A stretch of DNA of 11,185 nt from Promethearchaeota archaeon. GTDB lineage: Archaea > Asgardarchaeota > Lokiarchaeia > Sigyniarchaeales > SOKP01. This document shows, piece by piece, positions 7,723-11,185 of the stretch; position 1 is the first letter of the stretch; every line of letters begins with the position of its first letter. The position numbers and the translations under genes are program-made. Location of the stretch: the NCBI GenBank assembly GCA_013375475.1, contig JABXKD010000102.1, positions 1-11,185 of the forward strand, read 5' to 3'. The notes beneath the pieces are model-generated. The model ran no database searches. It saw only the letters and a list, made by a program, of their open reading frames with translations, and was not told the DNA's origin.

Positions 7723-8283
7723 ATGAATTTTGATTTTAAAAGAAACTTTAAGGGAACTATTTCTATTATTGGGACGAGCGAAATCGATTCTGCAACAAAA
7801 AAGCTAACAATTGAATTAGGACGATTATTAGCTAAAAATCATTTCGCAATTGTTTGTGGAGGTCTTTTTGGTGTTATGGAAGCTGTATGTAAAGGCGCGA
7901 AACAGGAAGGTGGCTTTACAATCGGAATAATACCTTTTGAAGATAAGAGTAAAGCAAACAAGTATATAGATGTTGTGATTCCAGTTCCTTTTTCTCAAGC
8001 TCGAAACATTATTGTCGTGCTAAGTGGTGATGCATGTATTGCCATAGAAGGAAAAGCAGGAACGTTATCTGAGATGTGTTTTGCTTGGATATATGGTAAA
8101 CCAATCATTGCATTAACTGGAGAAATCAATGGATGGTCGTCGAAGATGGCAGGAACCAAGATTGACGATAGGAGGAATGACATAATTTATGGTGCTAAAT
8201 CGGCTCAAGAAGCGGTTGAAAAACTAAATGAAATATTTAAAATTAACCCTAATATTACATACGATATGCCTACAGAGTTTTAA
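7723..8283 (+). CDS. LOG/SLOG-family Rossmann-fold protein (TIGR00725-like; putative nucleotide monophosphate phosphoribohydrolase)
   Basis: Motifs IVCGGLFGVMEAVCKGAK, TIGIIP, ARNIIVVLSGDA and GKAGTLSE. It begins 29 bp after the AIRS-like gene, so the two are probably co-transcribed. Confidence 0.9.
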   Translation: MNFDFKRNFKGTISIIGTSEIDSATKKLTIELGRLLAKNHFAIVCGGLFGVMEAVCKGAKQEGGFTIGIIPFEDKSKANKYIDVVIPVPFSQARNIIVVLSGDACIAIEGKAGTLSEMCFAWIYGKPIIALTGEINGWSSKMAGTKIDDRRNDIIYGAKSAQEAVEKLNEIFKINPNITYDMPTEF

Positions 8284-8320
8284 AAATTACGAAGCTTATT
8301 AATGGCTAATTATGTAAACT

Positions 8321-8350
8321 AATTTTTGGGGGAATATCCCTTTTAAAATT
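8321..8350 (+). terminator. Weak imperfect hairpin downstream of the LOG gene
   Basis: AATTTT-T-GG-GGGA-ATA-TCCC-TT-TT-AAAATT forms an imperfect stem with a T run after the GC core. Its function is not demonstrable from sequence. Confidence 0.25.
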
Positions 8351-8456
8351 AAAAAATTGCTAAAAGTTTTAATATTTAAGTGTGAGATAATTTTATAAGA
8401 ATGAGTGCAATATTATCTTACATAAGAATATATACAAAAATTACATTGTCTATTTC

Positions 8457-8462
8457 AAGGTG
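8457..8462 (+). promoter_or_regulatory. Putative Shine-Dalgarno (AAGGTG) for the GTPase at 8471
   Basis: AAGGTG ends 8 nt before the TTG start at 8471. Confidence 0.5.
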
Positions 8463-8470
8463 TAACTATT

Positions 8471-9439
8471 TTGGCAATTCAATTTTTAACTAAAGATGAG
8501 AAAGATAAGAAAAAGGTTGTCTCAGCATCGAAACTACTCTTTACAGGCTTAGACAACGCGGGAAAAACGACAATCATTTACGGAATACAACGCGAATTCT
8601 CTAAAATAGCTTTCCTAAAACCAACTCGTGGAGCCCAACGAAGAATTTTCGAGTTCATGGGAAGAGAGATTGCAGAATGGGATCTAGGAGGGCAAATCTC
8701 TTATCGAATTTCGTATTTGAAAAACCCAGGTAAATATTTCGACGACACAGAAATAGCTATTTATGTAATAGATATTCAGAATAAAGTAAGGTTACCTGAA
8801 GCAATAAGCTATTTAAAAGACGTCGTAGAGCAATTCAAAACACTTGAGATCGCTCCGCCTATTTACATATTTTTGCATAAATATGATCCTGCTTTAAGGC
8901 GAAATGCATTAAATGAAATGAAAAATCTCGAAGTAGAAATAAAAGAAAAAATAAAGCGCAATGTAGAATATAAACAAATCTTTTATTATAATACTAGCAT
9001 CTACGATCTCCCATCAATTATAAAAGCGATGTCAGAAATATTATTAAGCTTATATTCAAAATCAGAATTAATTGAAAAAACAATCATCGAATTTGGTAAG
9101 AAGACTTACTCTGATGGAATTGTTTTACTTGATGACAATTCTTTAATCATCGGAAGCTATTATAAGGATGATGAAACTAAGAATTTACTATCTGCAAGCA
9201 CTCCTTATTTTCTAACCCTTAATGATAGCTTTGTTTTTACCGAAGTCCAACCCAGTCGCAAGGAAGAAGACAATCACATGATTGTCCAAAGATTTGGAAG
9301 AAACTTCTTGTTTAAGCAACTGTCTTTAAAAGAAGGTATTAACCCTTATTATATTCTCATGCTCAAACAAGACACTCACATCAATAACGAAGATATAGCT
9401 TGTTTTTCAAACTTATTAAAAGAGATACTTTATAGCTAA
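8471..9439 (+). CDS. Rag-like/Arf-related small GTPase with a C-terminal roadblock-like domain
   Basis: G1 GLDNAGKTT, G2 PTRG, G3 WDLGGQ, G4 HKYD (8876-8887), G5 TSIYD (8993-9007). The C-terminal ~125 aa contains IVLLDDNSLIIGSY (roadblock beta hairpin). Confidence 0.88.
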   Translation: MAIQFLTKDEKDKKKVVSASKLLFTGLDNAGKTTIIYGIQREFSKIAFLKPTRGAQRRIFEFMGREIAEWDLGGQISYRISYLKNPGKYFDDTEIAIYVIDIQNKVRLPEAISYLKDVVEQFKTLEIAPPIYIFLHKYDPALRRNALNEMKNLEVEIKEKIKRNVEYKQIFYYNTSIYDLPSIIKAMSEILLSLYSKSELIEKTIIEFGKKTYSDGIVLLDDNSLIIGSYYKDDETKNLLSASTPYFLTLNDSFVFTEVQPSRKEEDNHMIVQRFGRNFLFKQLSLKEGINPYYILMLKQDTHINNEDIACFSNLLKEILYS

Positions 9440-9440
9440 C

Positions 9441-9466
9441 TCTTTTATTTTTTATATTTGTTTTTG
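9441..9466 (+). terminator. Oligo-T tract terminator candidate
   Basis: TCTTTTATTTTTTATATTTGTTTTTG immediately follows the stop of 8471-9439, typical of archaeal U-rich termination. Confidence 0.45.
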
Positions 9467-9508
9467 TCAATATTAATAAAATTGTATTTTGTTACTACTA
9501 TTATAGTT

Positions 9509-9522
9509 AAAGGGTTATAAAA
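9509..9522 (+). promoter_or_regulatory. Putative BRE + TATA promoter for the zinc-ribbon/roadblock gene
   Basis: Purine-rich AAAGGG is followed by TTATAAAA (9515-9522), about 44 nt upstream of ATG 9566. Confidence 0.5.
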
Positions 9523-9565
9523 GTAATATTTCTGATTTCAATAACTGATAGAAGAGATAAGTAAA

Positions 9566-10582
9566 ATGATTATTTGTTCCAACTGTGGGACCACAAACAA
9601 AGAAATGGATGGTCGCATCTGTAGAAAATGTGGTGCACTACTTCCCAGTTCCAATAAACCCCCAAGGATAAAAATCTCTCCCAAAAAAGCCGCAAAACCA
9701 CAATTCGATGAAAAGCGAGCACCACCTGAAAAAGAGAAACAAGTAGCTACTCCTCAAAGAAAAGAACCGAAAAAAAAACCTGATACTAAACCAAAAATTT
9801 TAGATCTTCACGAAATTCCTAAACCTGAAAATAAAGTCAAGGAAGGATTATTAGAGGATGAAATAGAAAGTGAGTTTAGCGACCTTGATGATGAAAATAA
9901 TAAGAAATTTCTGCAAGAGATCACACCACAACCTTTTAGAGGTTCAATTATTGCAGATAAAAGCGTTTATGGTAGTTCTAAGCACGTTAAGCTCTCAACG
10001 GGTTCAAAATCTCAATCTTCTAAAAGTACCTCTACCTCATCCCGCCAAATAGAATCTACTCTCTTAAAACAGAAGCAATTAGAAGATGATATGACAAAGG
10101 TACTTTCATTTCTTTCAAAAAAGATTACTGTAAAACCACTGGAAACGATTCAAAAAGAAGAAAAAATTAAATATAAACCTGTAAAAGCCATACCCCCTTC
10201 AAGTATGAGCGAAATTCTAAAAGATCTTCTGAAATTGGATTTACATATCGAAGCCTCTGCTATTATTAAGAATGATGGTACAATCCTAGCTTCTGCGATT
10301 AGTTCGAGGATATCAGATTCTCTCTTTGCTACGATCGGTCAGAATTTATCAATGATTGGCAACGATATAATTGAAGGATTAAGTGCTGGAACACTATTGA
10401 ACATATCTATTAGAGGAACTAATGGAGTATTAGATCTTGCTCCTATTGGCTCAAAAGAGACTTTAGGAAATGATATGATTTTAATTATCCTTTCACACCC
10501 TAAAGTGAAAAGTGGAATAATTCATTTTGCTGTATCTATTGTAAAAAAACAAGTAACTCAATACTTGGGATTATCAAAATAG
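9566..10582 (+). CDS. N-terminal zinc ribbon + low-complexity linker + C-terminal Roadblock/LC7 (MglB-like) domain protein
   Basis: CSNCG-x10-ICRKCG zinc ribbon, followed by a K/P/E- and Ser-rich linker of about 185 aa. The C-terminal ILKDLLKLDLHIEASAIIKNDGTILASA...GTLLNISIRGTNGVLDL...LIIL matches the roadblock pattern. Confidence 0.87.
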   Translation: MIICSNCGTTNKEMDGRICRKCGALLPSSNKPPRIKISPKKAAKPQFDEKRAPPEKEKQVATPQRKEPKKKPDTKPKILDLHEIPKPENKVKEGLLEDEIESEFSDLDDENNKKFLQEITPQPFRGSIIADKSVYGSSKHVKLSTGSKSQSSKSTSTSSRQIESTLLKQKQLEDDMTKVLSFLSKKITVKPLETIQKEEKIKYKPVKAIPPSSMSEILKDLLKLDLHIEASAIIKNDGTILASAISSRISDSLFATIGQNLSMIGNDIIEGLSAGTLLNISIRGTNGVLDLAPIGSKETLGNDMILIILSHPKVKSGIIHFAVSIVKKQVTQYLGLSK

Positions 10583-10599
10583 AATATCACGCTTGGATT

Positions 10600-11185
10600 T
10601 TAGAGTAATTGTTTTTGAACAACTAATTTTGAGACTTTTTCTATTTTAAAATATTGCAAGTTAATCATTAGCTCTTGTAAAAACGAATTTAGATTATTTA
10701 TTCCCACTAGGGGGACAGAATTATCATTAATTTTAATCCAATTAGTTTCTAATGTCACCATAATTGGAATTAGCGTAAAAGGTAGTCTTATACGGATTTT
10801 GAAGTTCATTCCTAACAGTTTTTGTATTAAATCTGAAAGCGTTTCAGGATTTTTTTTTAAAGCGACGACTCTTTGATATTGCAAATTAGCGGCTTTATTC
10901 ATTGCGTCGTAAGAATCTTTCCTTTTCCATTGTTTAGCATCTATTATGAGGATATAATTTTGATAAATACCTATAACATCAATTTCATATCGTTTTTGAG
11001 ATGTTTCGTATTTCAAATTCGATCTATCTGAGAATCTAAAATTTTTAATTGTTCTATAATTGTTTTGAGATAAAATCTCTTGAATTAGAGCTTCAAATCC
11101 GTCGTAATTTAATAAAAGAGATAACTGGCTAACATCTAACTCTAAAAATTGTATACACTTAGTAATAAAAATGATTTTATCTATT
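10600..11185 (-). CDS. PD-(D/E)xK nuclease, Mrr-like/NERD-like restriction-endonuclease fold; 5' end outside the window
   Basis: The frame stays open upstream of TTG 11016 to the window edge: ...LLLNYDGFEALIQEILSQNNYRTIKNFRFSDRSNLKYETSQKRYEIDVIGIYQNYILIIDAKQWK. This gives the FE helix, EIDV and IDAK catalytic motifs. Confidence 0.8.
   Translation of the reverse strand, partial: IDKIIFITKCIQFLELDVSQLSLLLNYDGFEALIQEILSQNNYRTIKNFRFSDRSNLKYETSQKRYEIDVIGIYQNYILIIDAKQWKRKDSYDAMNKAANLQYQRVVALKKNPETLSDLIQKLLGMNFKIRIRLPFTLIPIMVTLETNWIKINDNSVPLVGINNLNSFLQELMINLQYFKIEKVSKLVVQKQLL

Noticed and set aside
998-8183. Short ORFs 998-1210, 1939-2154, 3493-3693, 4516-4794, 5411-5611, 5921-6241, 5925-6107, 7255-7452 and 7995-8183
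   Set aside because: All lie antisense to well-supported genes and show no recognisable motifs.
9870-10052. Alternative-frame 60-aa ORF inside the linker of the roadblock gene
   Set aside because: No RBS or motif. The main frame is continuous from zinc ribbon to roadblock, so no frameshift or overprinting is needed to explain it.
1-11185. Anti-phage defence island (macrodomain + SLOG + nuclease, Thoeris-like)
   Set aside because: The three genes are dispersed, not operonic, and look like stand-alone housekeeping types. No TIR, SIR2 or TM-macro architecture is visible.

Overview
AT-rich, gene-dense archaeal region, very likely from an Asgard archaeon (Lokiarchaeia-like); this is inferred from gene content (roadblock-fused small GTPases, a longin-like domain, a long archaeosortase, stand-alone mtrH). 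It holds 12 protein-coding genes, two running off the window ends. In order: a macrodomain protein (missing from the ORF track), a YkgJ-type Cys-cluster protein, a small membrane protein, a KdnA-like DegT aminotransferase, an archaeosortase, an MtrH-family methyltransferase, a longin/uDENN-like + small GTPase + roadblock fusion, an AIR-synthase-related protein, a LOG/TIGR00725 protein, a second Rag-like GTPase + roadblock, a zinc-ribbon/linker/roadblock protein, and an Mrr-like PD-(D/E)xK nuclease. The most notable signal is at 5128-10582: two paralogous Rag-like GTPases, one with an N-terminal domain resembling FLCN/NPRL2 longins, plus a tethered roadblock protein. Together these resemble the parts of the eukaryotic Rag-Ragulator-FLCN/GATOR1 module. 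No rRNA, tRNA, CRISPR or mobile element was seen. All family assignments come from motif reading and remembered family sequences, not database searches.
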